A DNA stretch of 62,119 nt, the filler included. It is 11 parts of 11 records of this genome, joined end to end, with 100 filler letters (N's around TTAATTAATTAA, not from the genome) between each part and the next. Parts side by side here need not be neighbours in the genome. Positions count along the whole stretch, not along the records: positions 43,484 to 53,045 come from SRR15195285_476; positions 53,146 to 58,476 come from SRR15195285_480; 9 more parts are not named here. One strand, 5' to 3'. How positions within the stretch are numbered: the stretch's first letter is position 1; every line of letters starts with the position of its first letter. Below the pieces are notes generated by a model that saw nothing but the letters and a program-made list of their open reading frames with translations, was not told the origin of the DNA and ran no database searches. Shown here piece by piece: positions 43,484 through 56,100 of the stretch. The translations under genes and the position numbers were made by a program.

Positions 43484-44576
43484 GACCACATCGAAAAAGA
43501 TCGAGTCTGTTCCGCAGTGCCCAGAATGCATGCACACATCGATCCCCCCACGCGCGCGCGCGCGGACACATGTACACACATCGATCGTTCGGCGCGCCTC
43601 AGCTAGGTTGTGAGTGTGCTTTTCACACGTTACGGGGAGGAGGGTGGGTGGTGCGGCGCGCAGAACGCAGCCCACAGTACCGCCTAGGTCCCATGTGGAC
43701 TATGTACAATTCGTTCCGCGCGACCCTTGGGTTGGAGCAGCCAGCAGCGGCGTTGGCACCACTGTGCACGCCAGCGCGCGCCGGCCGGCCGGACACTGCC
43801 CGTTTGTTGTGCTGCAGGCCAGAGTCCGAGGCCGCAGACAGCTGCCATGCGTGCACAGCTGCATGAACCGGGCTGGCTCGCAGTGCCAGAAGGCTGGGGG
43901 GCATCAGTGCTCGCTCGATACGACCGCGATTGATGGTGGGGCGCTTGAATACGGCGCTCGAACGGAGGCCGCGCGGATCGATCGGATCGATGAGAGGCTG
44001 GCGCGCGCAATCGTGCGTAGCTGGCGAGTGGAGTGGGGCGCACAATTGCCACTGGAAGAACTGATGCAGCATGGAGTGTGCCGGCACGCGCAGTATCAGT
44101 TTAGCAAAGAGTTGTCGTTGGATGAGGAGGAGGAACCGATGGAAGATTCTGCAGTGCTGACTGTGCCAGCAGCAGGGCTGCCGACGGATACTGTTTGGTC
44201 ACTTCCTCGAGCGACTGCCGTGGTATCGAGACCACGACCGGGATCGAGTGCACTATGTGCCTAGGGGCATGGCCGCGCGCGCACGCCGTCGATCGCGTGG
44301 CGTGCGCAGCATGCATGTGCGATTGCGCGCAGGTGAAAGTGTGCGGTGGCACGGTTGCACGCAAGGTCCAGCCTACGAATCTTGAAGTGGGCCTTTTGGC
44401 AAAGGGTATTAATCAAACTGGCACGGCTAAAACGTCGTCTAATGCTGAAAATGACAGCTTGAGAACTAGGCTGGGCAACGCTCATGGCGAGGGTTTGCTC
44501 TCGTAGCTTCGCTTGCACCGAGCAGGCTTGCCGCTGAACCCTCTCAAGCCCCGCAAAGCCGTGTGCTCCAACGGAG

Positions 44577-46430
44577 TTAAAGAGCAAACGGGTCCACCTT
44601 CGCGCCCACATCCTTGATCAATGAAGCTCCCAGCGTGTCCCATGAGAGAAATCCCGGCGCCGCCAAGCCATGGCCATCGGCTGAGCTGAGGCACTCGTGC
44701 CAAGTTTTGTTGTTGCGCAAATCTTCTGCCAGAGCGTGTACCAAAGATTTCGCGAGGGGCATCGCCGCAGCATGGGTGGTGTCGTCGTAATTGGGAGCGA
44801 CCATACCTGCTCCATGCAACGCAAGACAATCAGCACCTACCTGGTATCAACTATGAACGGGACTGTTGAATGTGTACAAACGACCCGTCTGGCGTGCCAT
44901 CATGTACACAACGCGTCCGACCAAACCGGTGTTCGCAGGTACCGTAAATAATCATCGCATTCACATTCACCCAGACCGGTCCGCGCCAGTTGCTATACGG
45001 ATTGATGATGTTAGCATTCGAGTAGCGTGGGTCGGAGGAAGAAGTAGATCTGATGCCCCAATCAGAGCGCATGTCAGGCTGCAGGACGTTGTGCATAATT
45101 TGAGAGGTGTGGTTGGGTGGCGCAGCACCCCCCTTGATAGTTTGTGAGCGCCCACCGCCACACACAATTTGAAACACAACACGGCGCAGATACTCAGTTG
45201 TGCGTGGCCTGTGTGCGCTCGCAGTCATCATGACAAAACATATAGCAATGACCGTACCCAGAGAGGCATGGCCATCAAATAAGTTCGTGCGGTGATGGCC
45301 GCTCCGGAGGACATATTGCGCCCAACGTAGAATCCTTGCTCTTCGCTCCATAAGTATTCCTCCATCACCTCAAGGATGCCTGCCGCCTTGGTGGTGTGCT
45401 TTGCTGCCTCCACTAGCAAGGCATCGCTCTCCTTGTCTGCAACGCTCTGGATTCTGGCCCAGGCCGTACAGAATCGAGCATACGCTGTGTGTTCTCGATA
45501 CATGAAAATCTGGAGGTCGACTGAAGCAAGCGTCCACGCATCGTCTTCCTCATTCCAGCATTTGGAGGACTTGTCCGGGCAGTCGCTCATCACCAAGTCG
45601 TCTGCTCCAGTCTGCATCTGATCATGCCACACGTAGAGCCCCGTGGCTGGGTCTTTCTTAGGCGCGACATCCCAGTAATTCAAAAGCGCCTGCATCTGCG
45701 GCTTGAACTTCTTGAAAGCAGCAAGCGTGGCGTTGCCTGCGCTGGGGTCGTGGCTGGTAGCATGCTTCGTGGACAGCCACGCGCCCTGAAGCAACACAGG
45801 CTTGGCATGATAGATCACGCCAGAGTTGGAGGAAGTAGGAGTAAGCATGCCTTCAACTTCGCCGTTGGTGACGTTGGTGTGGTCCTGCGCAGCACGCAGA
45901 CACTCGGCAGGGTCAGCAGAGACCGACACACACTCTGACGAAAGCTCTGCCTATCAAGCAGAGCGCACCAGAAAATTCATGAATGTGCCCGTGAAATACG
46001 GTATCGCGCCGTAGTCCGACAATGCCACTCCCATGAACATCGAATCCCAGTCCCACATCTCCTCGTAAGGCCCAGCGGGCACTAAATAAGGGTACTACAG
46101 CACACCTTTCGGCGGCCGAAAAGTCTTGGCAGCTTCGGCCGTCACATGGTTCTGACGAGCGATGCAGCCAACCCGACGGTGAGTACAATAGACCGAAACA
46201 TAGCTTGACTGATCCTATCATGATGCAGATCTCACGTCCTGTACGTCACTGTACCAACCTATAGTATACCACTGGGACGGGGAAACCGATGGTCTTACCT
46301 GAACGATTTCCTGGTCACCAGCCGGGTCGTCGTCAGAATGAGCAGCAGCCGCTGGCAGTGCGGCGGCGGCTGTACTAATACTTGACACCGCCGCCGCTAC
46401 AGCGACGAGTTCCGCTCTACTAAGCAGCAT
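44577..46430 (-). CDS. Secreted GH63/trehalase-like (alpha/alpha)6 glycoside hydrolase, 5 exons, with an in-frame TAG or alternative acceptor at 46097-46095
   Basis: Signal peptide; YLVPAGPYEEMWDWDSMF, HAKPVLLQ, QTGADD, SVDLQ, WGIRS, SNWRGPVWVN, WHECLS, GFLSW. Introns 46298..46152 (or ..46095), 45968..45885, 45257..45133 and 44942..44807. Confidence 0.82.
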
Positions 46431-46940
46431 TTTTTGGTGGGTACGTAGCCTCGTAGTAGTAGCTCGTAGAGCTCGGAGTAGCTCGGAGTACTAGTAGCTC
46501 GGAGTAGCTCGCAGCGAGTAGCTCGCGCCGTACGACTCGGTACGGCGCGTACGTAGCCGCACCGCCGCGCCGGCCGGCGCTGGTCGCTGCGCGCGCACTT
46601 TTGTACTACATTCTAATATATATACATACCTACAGTAGGAATTCCTACACCCTACCGAGTAGACTGGCATTTTTGACGACGTGTGTACTAGTATCAAGTA
46701 TGTTCCCGGCGCGCGCGCGCCTGCGCGGTGATGCACACTCGCACAGGAGGAGCGAGGAGCTCGTGGATATAGGAGCTGGACAGGGGTCGGATACTAGTAA
46801 TCCCGGGATAGAGGGCGGATCGGAGCGGCTTGTGCTGGATTGGAGGAGTCGGAGATTGAGGGAAGGCACCCCCCCCCTCGTCTTGCGAAGCGAGGGAGGC
46901 GTGGGAGGAGGAGTGAAAGTGGCAGCTGGCGTGGCTGACG
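46431..46940. promoter_or_regulatory. Putative bidirectional promoter between the GH63-like gene and ATAD2
   Basis: 510 bp between divergent ATGs. Contains (GTAGCTCGGA)n repeats, three TACTAGTA palindromes, GCGCGC tracts and an AT-rich TATATATA patch. Confidence 0.55.
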
Positions 46941-49900
46941 ATGCGCAGCACACGGCGCTCCAGCGGGCGGTTCCAGGAGGAGGCGGCGAGCAGAGAGGAG
47001 GCGGAGGAGGAGGAAGAGGCGGCGCTGGGGCAGAGGGAGCGCCGGCGACAGGGCAGCCGGGGCCATGGAGAACAGCAGCAGGGGCAGGAGCAGGCGGAGC
47101 GTCGGAGCAGCCGGCGTGCGGTGGCGCTGAAGCGACCTGTGGCGGAGATGGGGCCGCCACTGCAGCAGCGCGCGCTGCGGCGTCGGCGGTCGATCGACCC
47201 AGACAGCGAGGCACCTCAGCGCGAGGCGGGGGATGCCGAGGAGCGCTCGTCAGGTCGGGCTACTCGTCGCAGTGCGCGTGTGAAGTCGGAGCCCGATGAA
47301 GACGACGGCATTCAGGAAGAGGAGGATGAAGTGGACGATGCTGAGGACGACCAACCGGCACGTCGGCCACGCAACCTGCGGCAGCGTCCCAAAGCCCGCG
47401 ATCTAGCAGCGGAGAATCTTGATCTTGAGGAGAGCAGCGAAGAGGGGAGCAGCGAGGAGGAGAGCAGCGAGGAGGAGAGCAGCGAAGAAGACTCGGATGA
47501 GGACGAGGAAGAAGAGGAAGGGAACCGACGACGCAGTGCTCGCGCCCGGACCGAGACCCAACGCTACGAACCACGTCTGGGTGGCGGTGAGGATGAAGAA
47601 GCCGCGCCCTGGCGTGGGCATGGCCGGCTCGAGCGGCGCAGCCCAACCAGCAGGGGCTCTGCAGGTGGCGCTCGCGGCGGCTCCTCGCGGCGAGTTCCAG
47701 CCCGGCGTGGTGGCAGTACCAATTATCGGTCGAAGCGTTCCCGGCGCTCTGCAGCAGGCCGGGCCGACTCTGATGAGGACGATCTCCCGCGGCCCCGACG
47801 TCGCAGCAACAGCAGTAGGCGAGATCGTCGGAGGCGTGGTGGTGGCGGCGGTGCTCGCAGCGACGACTCGTTGAACTCAGAGGAGGAAGTGGAGCAGCGT
47901 CGGATCCGCTCGCTCGCACGCCAGCGGGCGAACGTTCGTCCGATCAACGCATCTTACCTTCCATCGGGCCAGCCGGATGCCAATGGATTAAACGCATTCG
48001 GAACCGGCGATGCTGGGGCGGGAGGTTCTGCAGCGAAGCTTGGTCAGATTGATGTCGAGCCGATCGAGGTTGATTTGAAAGTGAACTTTGACGAAATCGG
48101 CGGTCTCGGGCCAGTGATCCACTCTCTAAAAGAGATGATCAGTTTGCCCCTACTCTATCCTGAGATATACGAGCGATTCTCAATCAGCCCGCCGCGTGGT
48201 GTGCTTTTCTATGGCCCTCCCGGGACCGGCAAGACACTCGTTGCCAAAGCTCTCGCGGCGTCGTGCTCACAAGGCGAACAACGGGTGGCGTTCTTTATGC
48301 GGAACGGTGCTGACTGCTTAAGCAAGTGGGTGGGCGAGGCCGAGCGACAGCTCCGTGTCACGTAAGGATGCATCTAACCACCAACCACAAGCCATCATCA
48401 CTCTGCCCGCAAGGAATCGAATGTGCACAAACACCCACAGCATGTAGTCTCACATGACTGCACGTGTGCCGTTGGTTGCTCGGTTTTTTCTTGCTGAGAC
48501 GCACATAGATTCGAGCAGGCATATCTTCATCAGCCCTCAATCATATTCTTCGATGAGATTGATGGTCTCGCTCCCGTCCGCTCCTCGAAGCAGGACCAGA
48601 TCCACTCTTCTGTTGTCTCAACGCTTCTCGGCCTGATGGATGGGCTACAAAGCCGGGGCAAGGTCTGACACCAGCTTGCTTGTCGCTGTTTCCTTCAATC
48701 AGCTGACTGCTTGCTGTGTTGCCGTGTGTTGTGTCCGGTGAATCGTGTTGTTCGAAGGTCGTCGTGATTGGTGCTACCAACCGCATCGACTCCATCGACC
48801 CAGCACTGCGACGGCCCGGTCGATTCGATAGAGAGTTCCTCTTTCCAATGCCAACGGAGAAGGCAAGGCGAGCCATTCTGCAGATTCACACTGACAAGTG
48901 GTCACCCAAGCCGGCGCCAGAGCTGCTGGACGATCTTGCCTCCAAGTGTACCGGATACTGCGGTGCGGACATCAAGGCTCTGTGCGCTGAGGCAGCACTT
49001 TCTGCTGTGAATCGCTCGTACGTTGCGCACATCTGAAGTTCGCCTGAAAACCCCCCAGCAGTTTTTGCTTTGCCGCTGCTACTCGTCACTAAGAGTAAGA
49101 TGTTTGTGGTATTCACTATTGTCACACCACTCGCCGCCCAGGTACCCCCAAATCTACCACTGTGAGCAGAAGCTTCTGATTGACGAGAAAACAGTGCAGG
49201 TTCGTTAGCTACCAGGAACAGTAAAGCCAGTCCAGCATCTTTGCAATCACATCTTGTATGATTGATTGCCTCGAATCAGGTTCAGCGGCGTGACTTCGAT
49301 CAAGCTCGACGCAAAGTCGTTCCAAGCCTTCACCGCTCGTCACAGAATTACGCGAAACCCTTGGGTAGCACACTAGAGCCCCTACTCGGCCCGGTGGCAA
49401 GCGCAGTGGTCAGGGAGCTGCGCTCAGGCTTCTTTCCCTTCTGTGAACCGGTGGCAGCGTTCCGTAGCGCAGGTGACACAGATTATTCGATTGCTAATCA
49501 GCTTACAATAGCCGATGGGAGCGGTACAGCCAGCTCTGTGCACACCCGCCCCCCTCCGTCGTGGTCTGCTGTGCACATACACGGCCCGGCGGAGTGTGGA
49601 CAGCACGAGGTTGCTGCAGCGGTCTTGCAGCTACTCGGCCAGTCTGGGCAATCTATACCGGTACACGGACTTGATCTGGTCAGCCTTTCAGCTTCGGTAT
49701 CAACACGCACACTGGAAGAGGCGGCGGTTGGTGTGGTGCATCAGGCAGCGGTGGTGACTCCGTCGATTCTCTTCTTGCCCCATCTGCAGGTGATCATGCG
49801 CACAGGCTATGAGCAGCTACGCACAATCATCATGGGGGCCATTGAGTACGTAGTTTCTGGGATCTACCCATGTGCAATCACTCAACTTCCTGCATCACAT

Positions 49901-52556
49901 TCATAGTGAGCTCGTACTGAAAGTGCGGTGGCATTTGTGTTGTGATTCTGGTAATGTACGTCAGGCGGCTTCCACTGTCAGTACTGCTGCTGGTTACATC
50001 GGATGTGCCTATATCACAGCTGCCACCAGGTGCACCGGAGTTTCTTCAGCATCACGGCGTTGGGCATGCACTGTGTGTCATTCTTTCCATGTTCAGCAGC
50101 CGTGGAGGTGGCTCCTTGCTATGACATAGTTCCAATACTCTTACTGTGTGTGTTTGTATGCGATGTGGTGTGTACAGCAACATCCCACTCACGCCGCCGA
50201 ATGCTGCAGCGCGTCGACTGGCGTACGAGCGAGCTCTGAAACACCTGAACGAAGTTGAGCCAGTGCCTCGGGCGCGCCAGGTGGAGACCGGATCCGACGA
50301 AGAGTTAGCCCTGGCGCCTTTGACGCGCAACCCTGCACAAGAAGCAGCAAAGGCTGCCCGTGAGGCGATGACCGGCGGAAACTACGTGCGCGCTGTAGGA
50401 TGCCTGCGCCGCGCAATGTCACTCAACCGCAACGATGGCGCTCTGAAGGATATGCTTAAAACTGCGGAGGCGCAAGTGCAGCACCGTGAGTTGCGCTCAG
50501 TACAGTCATACATCGTGCTTAGGATGATCACATTTCGCACAAACCACCAGCAGATTCGACGAGTATGTCTGAAAGTTTGATTTTGTCGTTTGTACATCAA
50601 TTAACTTTGCAGAGCGGGAAGAAGCTCGGAAGCTGTTGCTAAATTTGCGACTAGATCTCCGTGAGATCATCGACTCGGTTGAGAAAAACCGCAAGTTCAA
50701 AATGTTCATGCATCCGGTCTCGCCGGAGGACGCCCCCGACTACTACGAAAAAATTGAGATCCCGATGGATGTTGAAAATCTACGTGAGTCCAAATTCCAT
50801 ACGGAACAGTTGCGGCTCTTCGCGTCTAGATGCGGTGTCAAAACGTGCGATACTGTACTGTGCTTTTCATAGGCGCTAAGAACGACAGTCGTGAGTATGA
50901 AGATATCGATTCATTCATGAACGACGTGAACCTCATCCTGCAGAACGCCAAGGCCTACAACTCGGCGGCATCGGAGCAGGGTGCTGAAATTATCGCACGG
51001 GCACATGCATTCGTTGATTTTGTGGAACGCCGTGTGGATGATAGTGACGCTCGAGAGTTTTCCAAGCTCTACGCAGCGCTGCGCGAGCGTGGGGCTGGTG
51101 CAGCAGTGCGGGGCTACGGAGGCACCCAGTCTTCTGCCTCGACCGGTGCTAGCGGCACTGGAGGCAGTAGGCAGTACGGCTCTAGCCGTGGAGGTGGAGG
51201 TCAGGCCACTAGACGTAGTCGGAGCGATGTCGTCGACTGGTGAGTGATTTTTCTCCCTATTTAACTTGACCGCTTCAAAGCTATACAGTGTATGTTTGTC
51301 CATCGTTAGACATTGAGGTGGGCACGCGAAACGAAATGCGATACCACCATACCGCTGGATCTTAGGCCGATAATGCTTGCTTTGTGCTGGTTGATTGCAA
51401 ATGAGCAGGGACGTCTCTGGACCATCACAGCCAACAGAATACAAAGCTCCGAGTGGAGCGAGGGCATCGCGGCGGGTAGCAGGTGCTGCTCCCGAGGTTC
51501 AACTTCGCTTTGGGTGCGATTGCGTTCCTTCACTACTGATTGTACCTACAGTATGGCCGAAAACCACACAATCAGAATCCTCGCTGAGACACACATCGCA
51601 TATTGGATCGTGGATTCGCAGAGAGATGCAAAAGCCGGTTGAGTATGCAGCCGGACCCAGTCGCGGAAGCAAACAGCGAACGGCAGGCACGAGCACAGCG
51701 CCATCGCCTGAGAACACTGGTGGCGCAACTGCCGATAGTGAACAATCGCCAGAAAAGGAAGCAGTTGCGGGAGGGGTGGATAGTGCCGCTTGCACCAATG
51801 TTGACACAACTGGCGAGGCTGAGTACACCGAGGTTCAGAAGTCAGGTGACGTCGAAGAAGACGGGAACAAGAGGGAAAGTCAAGAGCAGGTGTCTGAATC
51901 CGAGAAGATGGAACCCGATCCTGCCGAGACGGAAAAAATGGACAGCGAGGAGGCGGACGGCAATGCTGATGAGAGCGTCACCAGAGCTGCCTCTGCTAGT
52001 AGCAATGCCAGTGCTGCTGCTTTGTTGGCACCAGCATTGGCGTCGGTGACGTCGGGAGAAGCCAAGAGCGAAGAGACGTTTGTGTCTGAAGCTGCGCTCA
52101 ACCAGCTGTTGGACAGGTGCTGCACTCTGCAACGTGTTCCTCTGCAACCATCTTTCTTAGCATTATGCACCCGTTCAGTCAGCCGGGTGCCTTGCGTCTT
52201 GCGCCTTGCTTGAAAAATGGCCTTGCTATCTTTTGACGTACAGGTTTGTTACGCATACCGACGGCTGCAATTGCAAGCAGCTTCAGCACGTGCATGCACG
52301 ACTCGCATGTGTTGCTTGGCTGCACCGCCACGCTGACGACAAACGGTCTGCCCTACGGGTACGGCGCTGGTCTTCTGACCATAGATTCATCGCTTTTGCC
52401 GCTATCTGTGTGCATCATCTCATCGTCATGGTGTTACCCTTGTCCCGATCTGCCTCAAAAGCTGCGTCATCTCACCCGTCTGCTATTCGTCATCAGGAGT
52501 TGGAGCTCGTTGCAGACGCACTTGGACGCTCCGCAGCGTCCAGTCGGGCCTACTGA
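46941..52556 (+). CDS. ATAD2: ATAD2/Yta7-family bromodomain AAA ATPase, multi-exon
   Basis: Acidic/RS-rich N-terminus; FDEIGGL, LKEMISLPLLYPE, GPPGTGKT, FFMRNGADCLSKWVGEAERQLR, IIFFDEIDGLAPVRS, ATNRIDSIDPALRRPGRFDRE, GYCGADIKALC; degenerate second AAA; bromodomain FMHPVSPEDAPDYY..PMD..NAKAYN. Many GT-AG introns, e.g. 48362..48508. Confidence 0.93.
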
Positions 52557-52760
52557 CGTAGATGTCGACATGGTGTGGTCTGTCGCCTCCTTGGCGCAGG
52601 ACACGCGCTCTGCAGAGTAATTGCAGTGGACGGCAGGGATGGAGTATCAAAGCAGTGCACGCATGCTATTTTTGTGATCAATCACTGTGCTGCTGTACAT
52701 CGCCAATCAATCGCCTTCGTCGTGAGGTGCTTGAAATGATGCACAGCTAGCTACAATCTG

Positions 52761-52934
52761 TCATCTCCTTCGGCGGCGTAGTGCGTCGGCTGGAACACTG
52801 ACCGCCCGTGCAGCGACCCTCGCCTCTACCATGTTGTGCGGAAGCTCGTACCAGCGATCGCTCTTCTCCTCGTAGAGTTCACACGGGACAAAAGGATGCT
52901 GGCCACCACTGCAACCGACGGCAACGAGGCCTCC
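52761..52934 (-). CDS. Last exon of a Kelch-repeat-like protein (5'-partial)
   Basis: Acceptor TATGTCCAG, then GGLVAVGCSGG...CELYEEKSDRWYELPHNMVEAR, a Kelch-blade pattern. Confidence 0.6.
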   Translation of the reverse strand, partial: GGLVAVGCSGGQHPFVPCELYEEKSDRWYELPHNMVEARVAARAVSVPADALRRRRR

Positions 52935-53045
52935 CTGGACATATAACCAGGCAGTCGCACGGGCCAAACGATGTACGCTGTCATATGCAACGGTCTGTCA
53001 CTTCTTGTGCACGCAGGCACGCACGCACGCACGCACGCACGCACG

Positions 53046-53145
53046 NNNNNNNNNNNNNNNNNNNNNNNNNNNNNNNNNNNNNNNNNNNNTTAATTAATTA
53101 ANNNNNNNNNNNNNNNNNNNNNNNNNNNNNNNNNNNNNNNNNNNN
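53046..53145. other. Artificial contig-join spacer
   Basis: N44-TTAATTAATTAA-N44, preceded by (GCAC)n. Confidence 0.99.
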
Positions 53146-56100
53146 CAATCTGTTTCTTCGTTGAAGTCGGTAATTCTCAGGTCACCCAAACTCGAGACTA
53201 CAAACCGTGAAAGGTTCTCAATCCACTTCCCAACGTAACGATTCTTCTTGCCCCAGGCCATGAACTCCTCTTTCGAAAGAGATTGATCGTTGTTGATATC
53301 GAGCAGCATCGCATCCGCAACGACCGCGTCTATGTGAGCATTCAAGGAACTGTTCGTCAGACCCATGACTGTTGCACGGAACTCCTCTTCGAACCCGCAC
53401 CTGCAAGCCGTGCATAACAGATGGTGGTCTCGCCGTGAGCTAGCGGTAGAGCAACAAAAGCATGGCCAAATGAAGGGCAAGAGACAAGCTAGGACAAACA
53501 ATCCAACAACCACGCACGTGTCGAAGAAAGTCTGCATAGCGTCGTCAATAGATTTCGTCGCTGGTCCTCGCAGTAGTTCAAAGAACTGTCGGACTTCATT
53601 TTTGCTGTCTGAAATTTCCAGGTCGCCAGAACGGTCAGAGTCGAAGATGGAGAACGAAAACGCGAGCTTCTGTGCAGCGGTAGCACCCGGGGCACACAGC
53701 AAGGAGACACCGCAAAGAATCGCGCGAATTGACACCATGTTCTTGCCGTCACTCTTGCCCTCCCCTGCATAAATTTGATGCACTTTCTTCGCAAACATAG
53801 CATTGTAACAGCCGATCGCCGCGAAGAGGTCAACGCAGCCTTGCTCATCAACCTCAAATTTCTGCTCGTTTACTTCGAACTTCTCTAGTGCAGCAAGCAG
53901 CGATCCCTCGCCCTCCAGCTTGATCCTTCCCATGTGTGCCTCGAGGTATTCCTTCACCTTCACTGCATTCAGCTTGCGCTCTGGGTCGCCCTTGCCACGG
54001 ATGTGCCGTGGGTCCATATTGTTATTGTTCGTCTCTTGCGACAGACCTGCCCAGTAACTCCCCAAGCTCTGCACCCATTGTAGCAGCTGGGAGTCTGCGT
54101 AAATCCATTGTCTGAACTCATCAAAGCCTATTCTGCCGTCGGGGTTCGAGTCCGCCATGATAATCGCCTTCTCCGTCATTCGCTCCACTTTGTCGCGTAT
54201 AAGGTCGTCAGCCTGATCAACCAAGTTCGACCGGTAATCGTGCGCGCCTGTTGTTCCAACTAACCCCTCGATTGCCCGCAGAATTATTGAAATCGCATCC
54301 ACCCCGAGGACAAAGAAGTTTTTCATAAACGTACGAATCTCTATCTCTGAAATTCCTCCAGAACCGTCCTTATCTAGCATTCTGAAGATGAACTCGAGCT
54401 TGCGATCTCGATCTTCCCCGGTCATCAGGGTTAGGCCCGTGATGAATTCCTCCGCCTGTAGCTCACCATCGCGGTTCAAGTCGAATGCGTTAAACAGCCG
54501 TTGCGCCACTTCCTGCGATTTCTCGAACCCAATGTTCGTCAGGAACGCCTTGAACTCAGCCACTCTCAGCTTGCCCTTACGCGCCACCTTCTTGTACTCA
54601 CGTTCCAATCGATCTTTCGAAACTGTGATCTCTTCCACGGGTCGATAATTCGAGCTCGCCTTGCCACTTCCGCGCGCTGCGGTCTTGATACCGGCTGACT
54701 TCAACGCGAGCTGCTGCTTGAGATATAAGATCTCTCGATCCTTTTGCTTAAGCGTGTCATCGTTCATCTTGTACTCGTGTTTCAGCTCAGCAAGCTTGAT
54801 TTCCAAGCTTGGTGCGTTCACTGGCTCTGGGGGTGCATCTGCACCAGCTCCACCAACTAAAGGCGGGGGGACCTGCCGCTTCGCCATCAACTTGTTCTTC
54901 TTAAAGTGCGACGAAGGGGCGATGATTCCATGGGTCCGCCACTGCATCATTGATCTATCAGCCCCCCCAGCAGAAATTACCCGCCGATCATCGGCGAGGA
55001 ATCGCACATTTTCAACGTGCGATGAGTGCCCTCGAAATGCTCGGTGAGGTGCTTCATCGATGACAACTGGGTGATTGAAAAGGTACACCAGGCCATCGTC
55101 ACCAGACATGACGCTGAAGTTGCCGTTGTGGCTCCGGTGCAGAGCGTTAATGTCCGTGCCGTCCATCCCGTCTTGCCAGATTCCCATCACTTCGAAGCCC
55201 AGCGTACAAGTCCAGGTGTCCCACTTCTTGTCTCGCACGTCGGACATCACCTGTTTGCAGTTCACATCCCAGTATAGCTGCTCGTAGTCACCGGAGTTGG
55301 ACATCAGCATGTCACCTTCTACTGACCAGTCAACATGCTTAACGAAGGACGAGTGGCCGACACACTTGCCGGTCTTTACCATTGCGCCACCTCGGCGCAC
55401 CTCAAACGAATGCTTCACATCATAGACGTAGATGATGTTGTCGTGTGAAGCTGCCGCGAGATAGCGCCCAGAGGGGGAGAATTTGATGTCGTCAATCTCC
55501 TCGTTTGAGTCTTTCATCTCCCAACGCCGGTATTTTTTCACGAATTTCACTTCGTCAAAGCCATCCTCCATTTCAGCATCATCTAAGAACATCTCGTGAG
55601 ATGTCTCAAAGACCTGGATCACGCCTCCTTTGTCAGGATGGTCAAACTCCTCTGCTTCTTCACTTGCATCTTGCGGCGGAGGCACGACACCAGAGGTAGA
55701 CAGGACAAACAGGTCGCCTTTGTTGCTGAACTGGACTGCCTTAACCTTGAGAAGGTCACCAACTTCGCAGCCGACCGGTTTTTGCTCGGATCCACGCTTG
55801 ATTTTGAACGACTTGAGGCACTGCCGTGTGTTGGCGTTCCAAATGTACACCGCGCCGTCTGCACAGCCAGACGCGTACGTGAAGCTGTACTCTGGGTCAG
55901 GGTTTGCTGCGATCCCAAAAACCAGTTCAGACTGCCCTTCGACAAGCTGCCGTGGGTCATCATCAACCTCCCAAATATCGTTCGCCTGTGACCCAGCGAT
56001 GAAAGTGCTCTCGTCGTTTGGATCAGCATCGACCGCGAGGAGGGCAGGCGCATCGCCGTCCTCCTCTTTGAGCGGAGGGCTTTGCTTGGGGGCCTTCTCC

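Noticed and set aside
43614-44264. 216-aa plus-strand ORF
   Set aside because: No domain or clear exon structure; it may be a small gene but is unsupported.
46095-46097. Genome-wide TAG reassignment
   Set aside because: Only one case was seen, and TAG appears to be a true stop at 10350 and at the conserved SDR end at 30049.
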